Source of the DNA: Leucoraja ocellata
Taxonomy: Eukaryota
Direction of reading: 5' to 3'
Assembly: GCA_036785375.1 (NCBI GenBank)
Contig: JAWMAR010000346.1
Span: forward strand, 1,984,001-2,048,000
Length of the DNA stretch: 64,000 nt
Positions 26,080 through 37,961 of the stretch are shown here, piece by piece. Every line of letters starts with the position of its first letter. Position 1 is the first letter of the stretch. The translations under genes were made by a program, and so were the position numbers. Below the pieces are notes generated by a model. It was given only the letters and a program-made list of their open reading frames with translations, had not been told where the DNA came from and did no database searches.

Positions 26080-26555
26080 ACCATATAACCATATAACAAT
26101 TACAGCACGGAAACAGGCCATCTCGGCCTTACAAGTCCGTGCCGAACAACTTTTTTCCCTTAGTCCCACCTGCCTGCACTCATACCATAACCCTCCCTTC
26201 CCTTCTCATCCATATGCCTATCCAATTTATTTTTAAATGATACCAACAAACCTGCCTCCACCACTTCCACTGGAAGCTCATTCCACACCGCTACCATTCT
26301 CTGAGTAAAGAAGTTCCCCCTCATGTTACCCCTAAACTTCTGTCCCTTAACTCTGAAGTCATGTCCTCTTGTTTGAATCTTCCCTATTCTCAAAGGGAAA
26401 AGCTGATCCACATCAACTCTGTCTATCCCTCTCATCATTTTAAAGACCTCTATCAAGTCCCCCCTTAACCTTCTGCGCTCCAGAGAATAAAGACCTAACT
26501 TATTCAACCTTTCTCTGTAACTTAGTTGTTGAAACCCAGGCAACATTCTAGTAAA
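26080..26555 (-). mobile_element. CR1 LINE 3' fragment
   Basis: MLPGFQQLSYRERLNKLGLYSLERRRLRGDLIEVFK...FFTQRMVAVWNELP, with an (ATATGGTT)n tail. Confidence 0.92.
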
Positions 26556-27297
26556 TCAAGTGAAAAAACAAAATGAAAAAACAAAAACAGGCATTCAATG
26601 TAATGTTCAGTTTCGTACACAGGGCAACTTGAACTCTAATATAAAATCCTTTTAGAGTAATTTATATGAAATTGGCCACAGAATACAATCTAGCCTTTTT
26701 GAAAAGGGCTCTGTAATCTCACAAATAGTGCAATTGACCACAAACTTACAATTTTAAATACATAAGGCCTTTTGTAAAATGTTAGCTGTATCTGTTGGAA
26801 GGAACTGCAGATGTTGCTTTAAACCGAAGACAGACACAAAATGCTGGGGGAACTCAGCGGGACAGGCAGCATCTCTAGAGAGAAGGAATGGGTGACACTT
26901 CAGGTCGAGACCTTTCTTCAGACTGATCTCTAACCTTATCTGAGCTATATGTCTTTCACTTTGCTTTCATAGTGTTCAAATTGTTAGTCTAAATATAGAT
27001 GCACAGCTTCACTTTGAAGGCCTTAATTTATCTTAACTGAATAAGACTAATAACATTGCATTGATTAGTGATCCACAATTTTGGGGACAACAAGTGCTGT
27101 GGGTATGGTCAGGGATGCCTAATACTATCCAATGTAACCTCAAAGGGAAAGGGCTTTGTGACTGAAAAAAGTTCTAGAGTTCACTCAGTTGATCTCACAA
27201 TATGGACATTTATCTCAGAACTGGGTCCCCTCTTTCACCACAAGGCACCCGAAGCACTTGTGAACAAGATGGGCAATGGGGAAGTTGTTATTTAATT

Positions 27298-27567
27298 ACA
27301 TAGAAACATAGAAACATAGAAAATAGGTGCAGGAGTAGGCCATTCGGCCCTTCGAGCCTGCACCGCCATTCGATATGATCATGGCTGATCATCCAACTCA
27401 GTATCCCATCCCTGCCTTCTCCCCATACCCCCTGACCCCTTTAGCCACAAGGGTCACATCTAACTCCCTCTTAAATATAGCCAATGAACTGGCCTCAACT
27501 ACCTTCTGTGGCAGAGAATTCCACAGATTCACCACTCTCTGTGTAAAAAATGATTTTCTCATCTCGG
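27298..27567 (-). mobile_element. CR1 LINE 3' end (young subfamily)
   Basis: MRKSFFTQRVVNLWNSLPQKVVEA and a (TTTCTATG)n tail. Near-identical to 61720-61990. Confidence 0.92.
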
Positions 27568-28384
27568 AATGAGACCCTTCTTCAGTACCCGAAACATCAC
27601 CCATTCCTTCCCTCCAGAGATGCTGCCTGTCCCGCTGAGTTACTCCAGCATGTTGTGTCTACCTTTGGTTTAAACCAGCATCTGCAGTTCTTTCCTACAC
27701 AACCTCTTGCTAAGATCTAGTTCTGCCAAGACATGGAGTATTTATGCATTGTGTATTTACGGTAGGAAATTGCAAAAGTGAGATTAATCATATGTTATCC
27801 AGTTTCATAGTTTGCGCATCAAGGATTTTTTTTTTTTTTTTTGCAGTATCTGAAAGCAATTGGGTTTAAGATAAAAATCAGTTGCAGAGAGCTATGAAAA
27901 GTTGCAGTCAGATTTTTAGGCTAAAGAAAAGTTCTCATCAAAGCTACACAACATTAGCCTACACCATGACTTGTTTAATCAAAGATGCAGTGAAGCTGTA
28001 AATGAGATACAGTATATTGTAATATATTGCATCTCAGTCAATTCAGCTTCCGAGAATAACCAGTTTTGTATTTTTTACTCACTTACTGATATAATTTACG
28101 AAACTAGCATTCATGCTGATATATGAGGAATAGGAATTGCAGAATTGTGAACATAAAGCACTGAAAATCTTTCCAAAGTGTAGAATATTACTCAATTTGC
28201 TGCATTATTCATGTATGAAGTCCCTTTTTTTTAGCTCAGCTATAATGTTCCCTGGCAGTTATTGTTTGAACAAGCTTTGGGAAATGTGAAAGCATCACGG
28301 TGACATTAGCAGATGATTATTTGGGGAAGAGCGCCAAGGAAGCAGGAGAAATGTAAGTAAAAGGCAACATCCCCTCTAATGGAA

Positions 28385-28885
28385 GCACACCAACGCATCT
28401 ACTTCCTTAGAAGGCTTAGGAAGTTCGGCATGTCCTCAACAACCCTCACCAACTTCTACAGATGCGCCGCAGAAAGCATGTTATCGGGAAGCACCGCAGC
28501 TTGGTTTGTGAACAGCTCCATCCAAGACTGCAAGAAATTTCTGCGAATTGTGGATGCAGCTCAGACCATCCTTCCATTGGCTCCACTTATACCTCACGCT
28601 GCCTCGGCAAGGCCAGCAGCATAATCAAGGATGAGTGGCATCTAAACCATCCTACCACAACTAGAGAGCAGTCCTGAACTACTATCTACCTCATCGGGGA
28701 ACCTCGTACTATCTTTGATCGGACTTTACTGGCTTTATCTTGCACTGCGTTATTCCCTTATCGTGCATCTGTACACTATGAATTGTTCAATTGTAAACAT
28801 GCATTGTCTTTCCACCGGATGGTTAGCATGCACCAAAAGCTTTTCACTGTGCCCCAGTACACATGACACTAAACTCAACTGAATA
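28385..28885 (+). mobile_element. Rex1/Babar LINE 3' fragment
   Basis: AHQRIYFLRRLRKFGMSSTTLTNFYRCAAESMLSG. Confidence 0.85.
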
Positions 28886-29350
28886 GAATTGGTTACGGAG
28901 GAACTCCAGATGCTGGTTTACACCGAAGGTAGACACAAAATGCTGGAATAACTCAGTGAGACAGGCAACATCTTTGGATAGAAGGAATATGGGACATTTT
29001 GGGTCAAGACCCTTCTTCGGAGACTGGGGTCACCCATTCCTTCTATCCAGAGATGCTGTCTGAACTGAAGTGGAACAGGTTAAAGGATTTTCAGCAGAAA
29101 AGGAAAGTAGTATAAAGGTTATGATGGATGCTATTTAGTTAAACAAGGTAAGGCAGCTGAACAAAATGATGAGTGCATGTAATTGCAGGTAACATAGGAA
29201 CATAGAATGTGGAACTGTTAAGAGATTGGATACAGAGAGTGAAGGTAGAATCCTTCCATTTGCTGCAGGTAGACAAAAATGCTGGAGAAACTCAGCCGGT
29301 GAGGCAGCATCTATGGAGCAAAGGAACAGGTGACGTTTCGGGTCGAGACC

Positions 29351-29494
29351 CTTCTTCTTCTTCTTGCGTATGACGTGCACAGCCTAAAGTTGTAGGACAA
29401 CTTGTTCTATTTGATCTCATTTGATTGGGCACACCGGGTTGATTGCATTTGTCGAAACAGGGCGGACCACGTGAAGGTTGCTATCTCCCACCCC
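29351..29494 (-). mobile_element. Short non-tRNA retroposon with ribozyme head and CATACGCAA(GAA)n tail
   Basis: About 140 nt, starts GGGGTGGGAG, ends ...gcacgtcatacgcaagaagaagaagaag. No A/B boxes and no TSD visible. Confidence 0.7.
29441..29494 (-). ncRNA. Compact HDV/CPEB3-like self-cleaving ribozyme
   Basis: P1 GGGGTGG/CCGCCCT (G1-U), P2 GATAGCA/TGCAATC (one A-A mismatch), P3 ACC/GGT, L3 TTCACGT, GT after P1, vestigial P4, J4/2 CAAA. Confidence 0.75.
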
Positions 29495-29509
29495 AAGAGG
29501 AGTTGGAAT

Positions 29510-30060
29510 GTTAGGAGTTGGAATGTTACAGTCACACAAAACATTGGTTAGGCAGCACTAAGAATATTGCATGCAGTTCTGGTTGCAGTGCTGGAGAATG
29601 GATTTGATTGTGCTGGAGTGGGTGCAGAAAAAGTTCCCCAAAGGGGGGCTTGAGTTACGAGGAGAGATTGGATAGTCTGGAGTTATTTACCTTGGAGCAA
29701 AGGAGGCTAAGGGTTTATATAATTATGAAGGGAATAGATATGGTAGATAGTCACAGTATTTTATCCAAAGTAGAGTAGTGTAAAACTAGAATGACAAGTT
29801 TTCTAGTGAAAGGAGAAAGTTGTAACAGGAATCTGCGGTACATTTTCACACAGAGATCGGTATATGGAACACACTGCTAGAGGGAGGTAGAGGTACACCA
29901 TTTTAGAGACATTTGGATGGGTACAAATAGAAAATGTTTAGATGGGTATGGGTCAAATGCAAGTAAATAGGATTAGCGTAGATAGGTATCTTGCCAACAT
30001 GGGTGATTTGGGCTGAAAGGCCTGTTTCTGATCTGTGTAACTCAATGAATCTATGAATCT
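29510..30060 (+). mobile_element. Old CR1 3' fragment
   Basis: LVRQH*EYCMQFW and LSYEERLDSLELFTLEQRRL remnants, CR1 UTR. Confidence 0.75.
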
Positions 30061-30772
30061 TAGCATTGAATTTGATCTCTATACCATAGTTCAATTCTTT
30101 TCACCTTTATTTAACTACGGTTCACACTAAGTGTTTAAACTGGGAAGATCAAATAAACAATTTGAGAGTAATACCTCAATAAAAATAGATACGATACATC
30201 AACCTGTACAGAAATTTACTGCATAAACATAAAAAATAAAAGCTAAAGTGTGAAGTGATCTCTAAATGATTATTAACATTACACTGAACATCATGAGGTT
30301 CTGAATCAGTTTCCAATTATTATTTTTGAACGAAAGTTAGACTTCATCAAGAACATTAGAAATGCGTGGCTTGGTACGGACACAAATCCATCAATGCAGA
30401 AAGCTGTAAATATTCCACCAGAAAAAAAAATCAACAAGTACATAGTGCAATGAACTTCCTGGTAATTTAAGACGGGCAATTTAGAGACATCATTCTTCTA
30501 CCTTAATGTGGCTGTCTTTGTATTAGTTTCACTGTTGTTCTCCATACTTGCTATGTACAAATGGGTTGCTAAGTTTTCCTGCAATTTCCTGCAATAATAA
30601 TTTGACTTCAAAATGCAATGATTTGGCTGTAAAATAAATTGGGACACAGTGAGGATGGTGCAGCTCATTCTTCATTTATTGCCGATGATACTTATCCAAT
30701 TCGAGCACAAGGATATGCTGAAGTGGCTGAGTTGGAAAAAAAGAGACTATTTAGCCAACACTGATATATTAT

Positions 30773-30931
30773 CGGGTGCAGCAGCATCTATGGAGCGAAG
30801 GAAATAGGCAACGTTTCGGGCCGAAACGTTGCCTATTTCCTTCGCTCCATAGATGCTGCTGCACCCGCTGAGTTTCTCCAGCTTTTTTGTGTACCTTCGA
30901 TTCTCCAGCATCTGCAGTTCCTTCTTAAACA
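30773..30931. mobile_element. Palindromic Penelope-terminus element
   Basis: Near-perfect arms 30773-30867 centred on aacgtttcgggccgaaacgtt. Flanking near-duplication aacac(t/g)gatatat. Confidence 0.8.
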
Positions 30932-31170
30932 CGGATATATGCATTTCGTTGTCTCTGTACTGTACACTGACAATGACAATTACATTGAATCTGAATCTGG
31001 ATATTATCAATGCACAGCCATTGTTTTAATTGTAATATGAGATGAGTTGATTAGTCCATGGGTCCACTCAGTCCCCAGACACCAATACATCAACATCTCC
31101 TCACCTGCCACAAAGAACAAGGAATGAGGAAAAGCCCTAGCCTTCAGCACGCTAAATACTTTGCACTTAC

Positions 31171-31233
31171 CATTGGTGGGGGTCTGAGTGGGACTGATCA
31201 ATCCCAAGTGATTGTAGTTATGGTGATGGTTAC
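31171..31233 (-). CDS. SHISA6: SHISA6 small 63-nt coding exon (probably alternative)
   Basis: Strong pyrimidine tract ttttttctttatttcccag|GT AAC ... ACC AAT G|gtaagt. Encodes (G)NHHHNYNHLGLISPTQTPTN, similar to the mammalian GDHQYNHPILSSATQTPTH that precedes EKPRM. Phase 1-1. Confidence 0.85.
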
Positions 31234-31628
31234 CTGGGAAATAAAGAAAAAAAGAGGTAAAGCAAAAATACATTCTGGCAACTTATTCCCCCGAACAAAC
31301 ATTTTAATTGTTTAAAATTTCCAGATTTTTACAGAAAATATACTGTGCTTTTGCAGGTACTAAATGTCATAACTGAATGTAGTCAACAGAGCCATGTTAA
31401 CAATTTGTTGATGGTTGTATTAATGTTGTGACATGTGTAAATGAGTGCAAAAGTAAGTAAAAAATGAGTGATTTTTCTCTCTACCGAATCTCGGAATATG
31501 GCTGCTACGAGCTTGCTTTGTGTGACGTACAGTAAGTGTTTATTCAGATGGAATGGCTGACAACGCTGTAGACAATTTGGGTTTGAAGTCCCTTGGCTGG
31601 TTACAGAAGTGGGAATACCAGCATCTGA

Positions 31629-32600
31629 CAATAGACAATAGACATTAGGCAATAGACAATAGGTGCAGGAGTAGGCCATTTGGCCCTTCGAGCCAGCACC
31701 GCCATTCAATGTGATCATGGCTGATTATCCCCAATCAGTACCCCGTTCCTGCCTTCTCCCCACATCCCCTGACTCCGCTATTTTTTAAGAGCCCTATCTA
31801 GCTCTTGAAAGCATCCAGAGAACCTGCCTCCACCGCCCTCTGAAGCAGAGAATTCCAGAGCCTCACAACTCTCTGTGAGAAAAAGTATTTCCTCGTCTCC
31901 GTTCTAAATGGCCTAGTCCTTATTCTTAAACTGTGGCCCCTGGTTCTGGACTCCTCCAATATTGGGAACATGTTTCCTGCCTCTAGCGTGTCCAAACCCT
32001 TAACAATCTTATATGTTTCAATGAGATCCCCTCTCAGCCTTCTAAACTCCAGAGTGTACAAGCCCAGCCGCTCCATTCCCTCAGTATATGACAGTCCCAC
32101 CATCCCGGGAATTAACCTTGTAAACCTACGCTGCACTCCCTCAATAGCAAGAATGTCCTTCCTCAAATTAGGGACCAAAACTGAACACAATACTCCAGGT
32201 GTGGTCTCACTAGGGCTCTGTACAAATGCAGAAGGACCTCTTTGCTCCTATATTCGATTCCTCTTGTTATAAAGGCCAACATGCCATTCACTTTCTTCAC
32301 TGCCTGCTGTACCTGCATGCTTACTTTCATAGACGGATGAACAAGGACCCCCAGATCACGTTGTACTTCCCCTTTTCCCAACTTGACGCCATTTAGATAG
32401 CAATCTGCCTTCCCGTTTTTGCTACCAAAGTGGATAACCTCACATTTATCCGCATTAAACTTAATCTGCCATGCATCTGCCCACTTCCCCAACCTGTCCA
32501 AGTCACCCTGCATTCTCATAGCATCCTCCTCACAGTTCACACTGCCGCCCAGCTTTGTGTCGTCTGCAAATTTGCTAATGTTACTTCTAATCCCTTCATA
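31629..32600 (-). mobile_element. CR1 LINE ORF2 3' fragment (RT C-terminus)
   Basis: KFADDTKLGG, FNADKCEVIHFG, LVRPHLEYCVQFW and RLRGDLIETYKI, with one frameshift. Confidence 0.95.
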
Positions 32601-32693
32601 TGAACACCACTTACAATCTGAATTAAAATGGCCCTTCTCCGAAAGCTGCTTCCTTTCTCTTTAGCTCAGTGTATGGACACATTCAAATAATAA

Positions 32694-33707
32694 AACAGAA
32701 CCTGTCCTCCACTATCACTCTGAGCACCGGCACACCACAGGACTGTGTACTGAGCCCCATGCTCTACTCCCTCTTCACACACGACTGTGGTCCTGCATTC
32801 GACACCAACACCATCGTCAAGTTCGCAGACGGCACAACTGTGATCGGGCTGATCACCTGCGGTGGTGAAACAGACTACAGAGCGGTGGTGCAGAACCTGG
32901 GGGACTGGTGCTCACATAACAACTTGTCCCTGAACACCTCCAAGACCAAGGAGCTGATTATCGACTTCAGGAGGACACAAAATGGAGAACATGCCCCAAT
33001 CTCCATCTACGGGGACAGTGTGGAGAGAGTGTCCAGCTTTAGGTTACTGGGCACACACATTTCGGAGGACCTCACATGGTCCACCAACACCGCTGCGCTG
33101 GTCAAGAAGGCACAGCAACGACTGTTCTTCCTAAGAACATTGAAAAAGACTGGTCTGCCCCAACAGCTGCTGACAACCTTCTACCGCTACACCACACAGA
33201 GAGCATATTAACGTATGGCATCTCTGTGTGGTATCTCAGCTGCACGGAGGCGGAGAGGAGAGCTCTTCAGCGCGTCGTCCACAGAGCGCAGAGGATCATT
33301 GGGACAGAGCTACCAGCCTTGGAGGGCATCTACCACACACGGTGCCTCAGGAAGGACGTCAGCATCCACAAAGACTCCTCACACCCTTGTAATAGCCTGT
33401 TCGAACTACTTCCCTCCGGCAGACGTTACAAGGCCTTCTACGCCCACACCTCCAGACTCAGGAACAGCTTCATCCCCAGAGCTATCGCTGCTCTGAACTG
33501 GCCCTGCTGAATGGCCCACCCCCATGAACTGGATTTACTCACGTCGACCTGGCACAGACATATTTGTACTTTAGACTGTTTTACTGTACTTTTTTATAAA
33601 ACATGTTTCTCGGCGTATTTAAATATTATTAGTTGTTTAAGTTCTGAACATCGGATGGAAGCTGCATAGCAAATCTCGTTGCACCTATGTGCAGTGGCAA
33701 TAAAATA

Positions 33708-33760
<53 letters not shown>
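32694..33760 (+). mobile_element. Rex1/Babar LINE, 5'-truncated, with (TTA)n tail
   Basis: LSTGTPQDCVLSPMLYSLFTHDC...VKFADGTTVIGLI...KTKELIIDFRR...KKAQQRLFFLR. Frameshift near 33190, then AATAAA and (TTA)n at 33709-33760. Confidence 0.9.
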
Positions 33761-34671
33761 GAACACATTAATCTGCCAAAAAAATCTTGCAAACCAAATT
33801 CTACAAATTCACACACATACAGTGAAGCCATATATTAACTAGAGACCAATAAATTATCTTTGTTGTCCATTGCAATTGCTACCTAGTGAATCCAGCTTAG
33901 TTGAAAAATCATTAATGTTTAACCATGGTAGATCATTCAAACCATAAGGAGCTAAATGATCAACTGAGTCTTTCAACATTTTGATACAACATGAAAATTT
34001 CAAATTTACTCAACAAATGCAACTATTATGATGTTACAATCATCGACTTCGTTCCTCGTTTTTAATTTTCTCTGTAAAATTCTACAGAAGACAAGGCTAC
34101 GTCAGATCATTCAGACAATATACCGCTGTGCTTTACACGCCCTCATCTCTGCTCTTCTCGTACATTACCAGTTTTGGTCATTTGTCAGCAAGTTACCAGT
34201 CAATTGAGATTCCTATCTCAGCACTGTTGAAACATCCTGGTTCTTCCTAATACTAAGCCAATCTTCTTTCCAGGTGCACAAGAGATCGTCCATAAAAGGA
34301 GAAGGCCACGCAGCAAAGTGATTAGCTCTGGGGCAAGGTTAACTACCTTTAGACCTTGCAGTTTATCGCAGCACGAGCGATTACAGGTATAATGGCGATT
34401 AAGTTAATTCAGCCAGGAATGTATGGAATCCACAAAATATCAACGTAAAAGTAATAAGAGATGATGGCCAATGTTCACAAATGTTGCACTGACTAAAGCA
34501 TCAGCCATGGCTGGGTGACAACATTCCCTCTTCAGTGATGTATCTTGTCTCCTGCATTATAGGAGTTGATGTCCAATTGATGAGAATAATGGCCAGCCTC
34601 TTCTTCCTCTGAACTTGTTTTGTGGAACAGTTCATGATGTATTTCAGTTAGATCCAGGATAGGAACTGTGA

Positions 34672-34822
34672 CAAGAATATGTGTGTTATGATTGTGTTTA
34701 TAATTTGTTTGGTTGTTTTGTTGTTTGTCTTTTGCACAAAAGTCCGCGAGCATTGCCACTTTCATTTCACTGCACATCTCGTATGTGTATGTGACAAATA
34801 AACTTGACTTGACTTGACTTGA
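34672..34822 (+). mobile_element. Rex1-type 3' UTR fragment
   Basis: Reads identical to about 6996-7142 and ends in (cttga)n. Confidence 0.8.
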
Positions 34823-35269
34823 ACTAAGAATTCATTCAACCAAATAAAGAAGATTAACTACAAGGGTGAAGAGTAAATGTAGGATAATTCATTTCTATAA
34901 AAATAAATATAATGTGTGTATCTAATTGTTCTCCTGAGATGCTGCCTGAGCTATGCCAACACTCTGCTTCTTCTTTTGTAAACTAGCATCTGCAGTTCCT
35001 GTTTCTAGTGAATTTAATTGATTTTAAGTGTTTTTTTTAAATATCTTTCAAACCATTTTAAAGAATTAAAAAGGTCTATTTTTAATGTTTTTATTTTTAA
35101 TGAATGTTCGTGACTGTTCGATATTCAAACACATTCTAATTCTTTTTACAGCTGCTAAGCTTGGTCATGTGTCATAATTGGCTATCAAAGCATGGGTTTT
35201 GATGAAAAATTGATAAGACTGGGCTAGCTTCACTAAGGACACTCACATAAGGGGTGCACTAAGAGTTGG

Positions 35270-35555
35270 TTTAGAGTTTAACAATACAGTATGGTAACAA
35301 GCCCTTCGGCTAACTGAGTCCAAGCTGACCATCGATCACCCTTTCATGCTAATGCAACGTCAAGCCATTTTCTCACCCACTCCCTACACACAAGCGGCAA
35401 GATATGTAGGCCAATAAACCAGAACACTCAGAAAAAGCCCACATGGTCACAGGGAGAACTTGCAAACTCCACACAGATAGCAACCGACATTGGGATTGAA
35501 CCTGGGTCTCTCGAATTGTGAGGCAGCAACTCTACCCGCTGCATCACTCTGCCAA
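35270..35555 (-). mobile_element. V-SINE (HE1-like)
   Basis: Minus strand gtgatgcagcgggtagagttgctgcctcaca...ccaggttcaatccc...tgtgtggagtttgca. Confidence 0.75.
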
Positions 35556-36399
35556 CCCTAAGCATAAGAATAATGGCGACACTCTTCATCCCAGGAATTG
35601 TTTATGGAATTGGAGAGTTTACTTGGCAGATGAATAGTGAAGCTGAGCTTTGAATTAATTAGTGGAGATTCTGGGACAAGATAAATGCTGCTTTTTTTAA
35701 AATATTGCAAATAGCTATATTCCCCTGAAATAAACCAATTTGAAGGGAATTATTACTATATTTGTGAATTTTAATATCAGTTCACACGTTGGAGATTTAA
35801 CAAAAGTCAATGATAGAAAAGCTTACTGTAAATATTGCTCGGTTTAGCTCATAGAATGTGCACATATGGAGGAGTTTTGAAATGTCTTTGCATGAAATGA
35901 GAAAATCAGCGCAAGTATAATTGGTGAGTCAATAATATATCAAGTCACTGAACGAGTAATTGCACAAGCATTCGTTCATAAGCTTTTGTGTTAACTAGAG
36001 TGAAGACATGCAATCAATGTCTTGATAACTAATTAATATGTATATTATTTTATGTTTAATTGTGAGGAATAGATAGAGGAAAATTTAAACGGTTGTTGGA
36101 CAATACCTACAATACCTTTCACTGGACTGGTTATTCACTTGTCTGTTACCCCATATTCTGGACTACGAGATGCTCCCCATTCAGACTGTTGGACAATGGT
36201 CCCTTGCCCACCAGGCTGTGTGTCCACACAGCCCATCACCACCACCAATACAATATATGATCATCTACATGCCATTACACTGTTGGACTAGAGCCCCCAG
36301 TGGCCACAGTGAGCAGGAGTGAGGAACCACGTGTGCTACTTTGATGTCCAATGGCAAGAGTAGGGTGTTGAGCTCCAATGCTCTGATATGTGATTCTGG

Positions 36400-36700
36400 T
36401 GAACAGGAGAGGGAGAGGGAAACAGAGAAGAAGATGAGGGGAAGATGTTGTGAAAGGCTGAGGGGAGGGGCGGGGAGAGGGAGGGAGAACAAAAAGAGAG
36501 GAAGAGCAGAGGAGAGAGGGAGATGTGAAGCGTGGTGCTTCAGAGAATGTAAGAAAAAGGTAGGAAAGAAAAAAATGGAGAGATATGGGGAATTGAGGAG
36601 AAATGAGAGAGAGGTGAAAGACAGAAGGGAGAGTGGGGTAGGGTGGTGGGGGTTGTGAAGAAAGGATGAGAGAGAGTACAAGAAGAAGGAAACAATCTTG
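36400..36700. repeat. Purine-rich (GA) low-complexity tract
   Basis: About 300 nt almost entirely G/A on the plus strand. Confidence 0.8.
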
Positions 36701-37060
36701 AGGAGAAGACCTCAATGTTATAAAACAATGATAAACACAATTTATTTTTAAATGTTCTATTAATTGACAATCTAATGATAACTTTTTGAGTAAAAGTACT
36801 TTCAGGAGTTGGCTCAGAATTGCCTGGGACAGGAAGGCAACATTAAAATATCAGCCTTCAATGCCCTAATAATGGTGCATAGCAGTAATCCAGTGACAGA
36901 GAAGTCGCAAGCATGTGTGAGGACACAGAGTTGGAGGAAGCCACTCATGCAGGCATGGAGCATGGGATGCTGAGGTTCGGCCCATTAAATCTGTGCTGGC
37001 CATCACCACTCATTTGTCTATAAATTCTATATTATTCTTCCAACATTCTCATCAACTCAG

Positions 37061-37283
37061 TACAGTGACGCAACAGTAGGAATGCTGCCTTACAGCTCCA
37101 GAGACCCATGTTCGATCCTGACTACAGGTGTTGTTTGCGCGGAGTTTGTACGTTCTCCCCGTGACCTGCGTGGGTTTGCTCCGAGATCTCCGGTTTCCTC
37201 CCACACTCCAAACATGTACAGGTTTGTAGGTTAATTGGCCTGGTATAATTGTAAATTGTCCTTAGTGTGTGTGGGATAGCATT
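37061..37283 (+). mobile_element. V-SINE (HE1-like), truncated by a MITE
   Basis: B-box gttcgatcc, V-domain cgtgggtttgctccgagatctccggtttcctcccaca. Confidence 0.85.
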
Positions 37284-37284
37284 A

Positions 37285-37445
37285 AGGGCCTGTCCCACTT
37301 TCACAACCTAATTCACGCCCTTTTTTACTCGTGGACATTTTTCATCGTGCTAGAAAAAACGCCCCGACCTACTTGATGCCACGCGTACCCACGACTAACA
37401 TCACGGCCTGCTATGACATACCTATGGCCTCGTGACGACCATGCT
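37285..37445 (+). mobile_element. Harbinger-type MITE family B, left part
   Basis: TTA|agggcctgtcccactttcacaacctaattcac, homologous to 62988-63214. Confidence 0.75.
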
Positions 37446-37961
37446 TCATAAGTTTCTTTCTTTTCTGCAAATGATTTGAATCTTGGCAAAATACATTAAT
37501 TCAAATCATTACAGTGCCTTTTATCTAACTATTCTGGCCAAAATCATGTCTAAATTCAAGGTTGCTTGTGCTTATTCACTATCTACGGTAAAACAGGTTC
37601 CTGATATTATTTAACTTTTGCTCGCATGAGGCATTAGGGCAGAATTAAGACATTACGATACTTTAATATGTGTGATTAATCAAATGAGGTGTGCAGAGCA
37701 ATTAAAGGAAAGCTTTTACAATAATGTTGCAGAATAGATTATCCTCATTAACAGCTGAGGCATGGATAGTGAGCTCATCCACCTTTCTCAATCTGATGCC
37801 ATTTGCTAATTTAATATATATATATTTTTTACATAAATATATATTTTTTAACATAAACCGAGGTAATGATAGTGGTATCTCTTCGATTGCCATCAGGTGT
37901 GGTGGAAAAAGCATCAGATTTGCGTATTGTTTCCAGATTTTTATCTAAAAGGATTCCAACA

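Noticed and set aside
36265-36770. ORFs of 105-146 aa on both strands
   Set aside because: Products of a GA-rich low-complexity tract.
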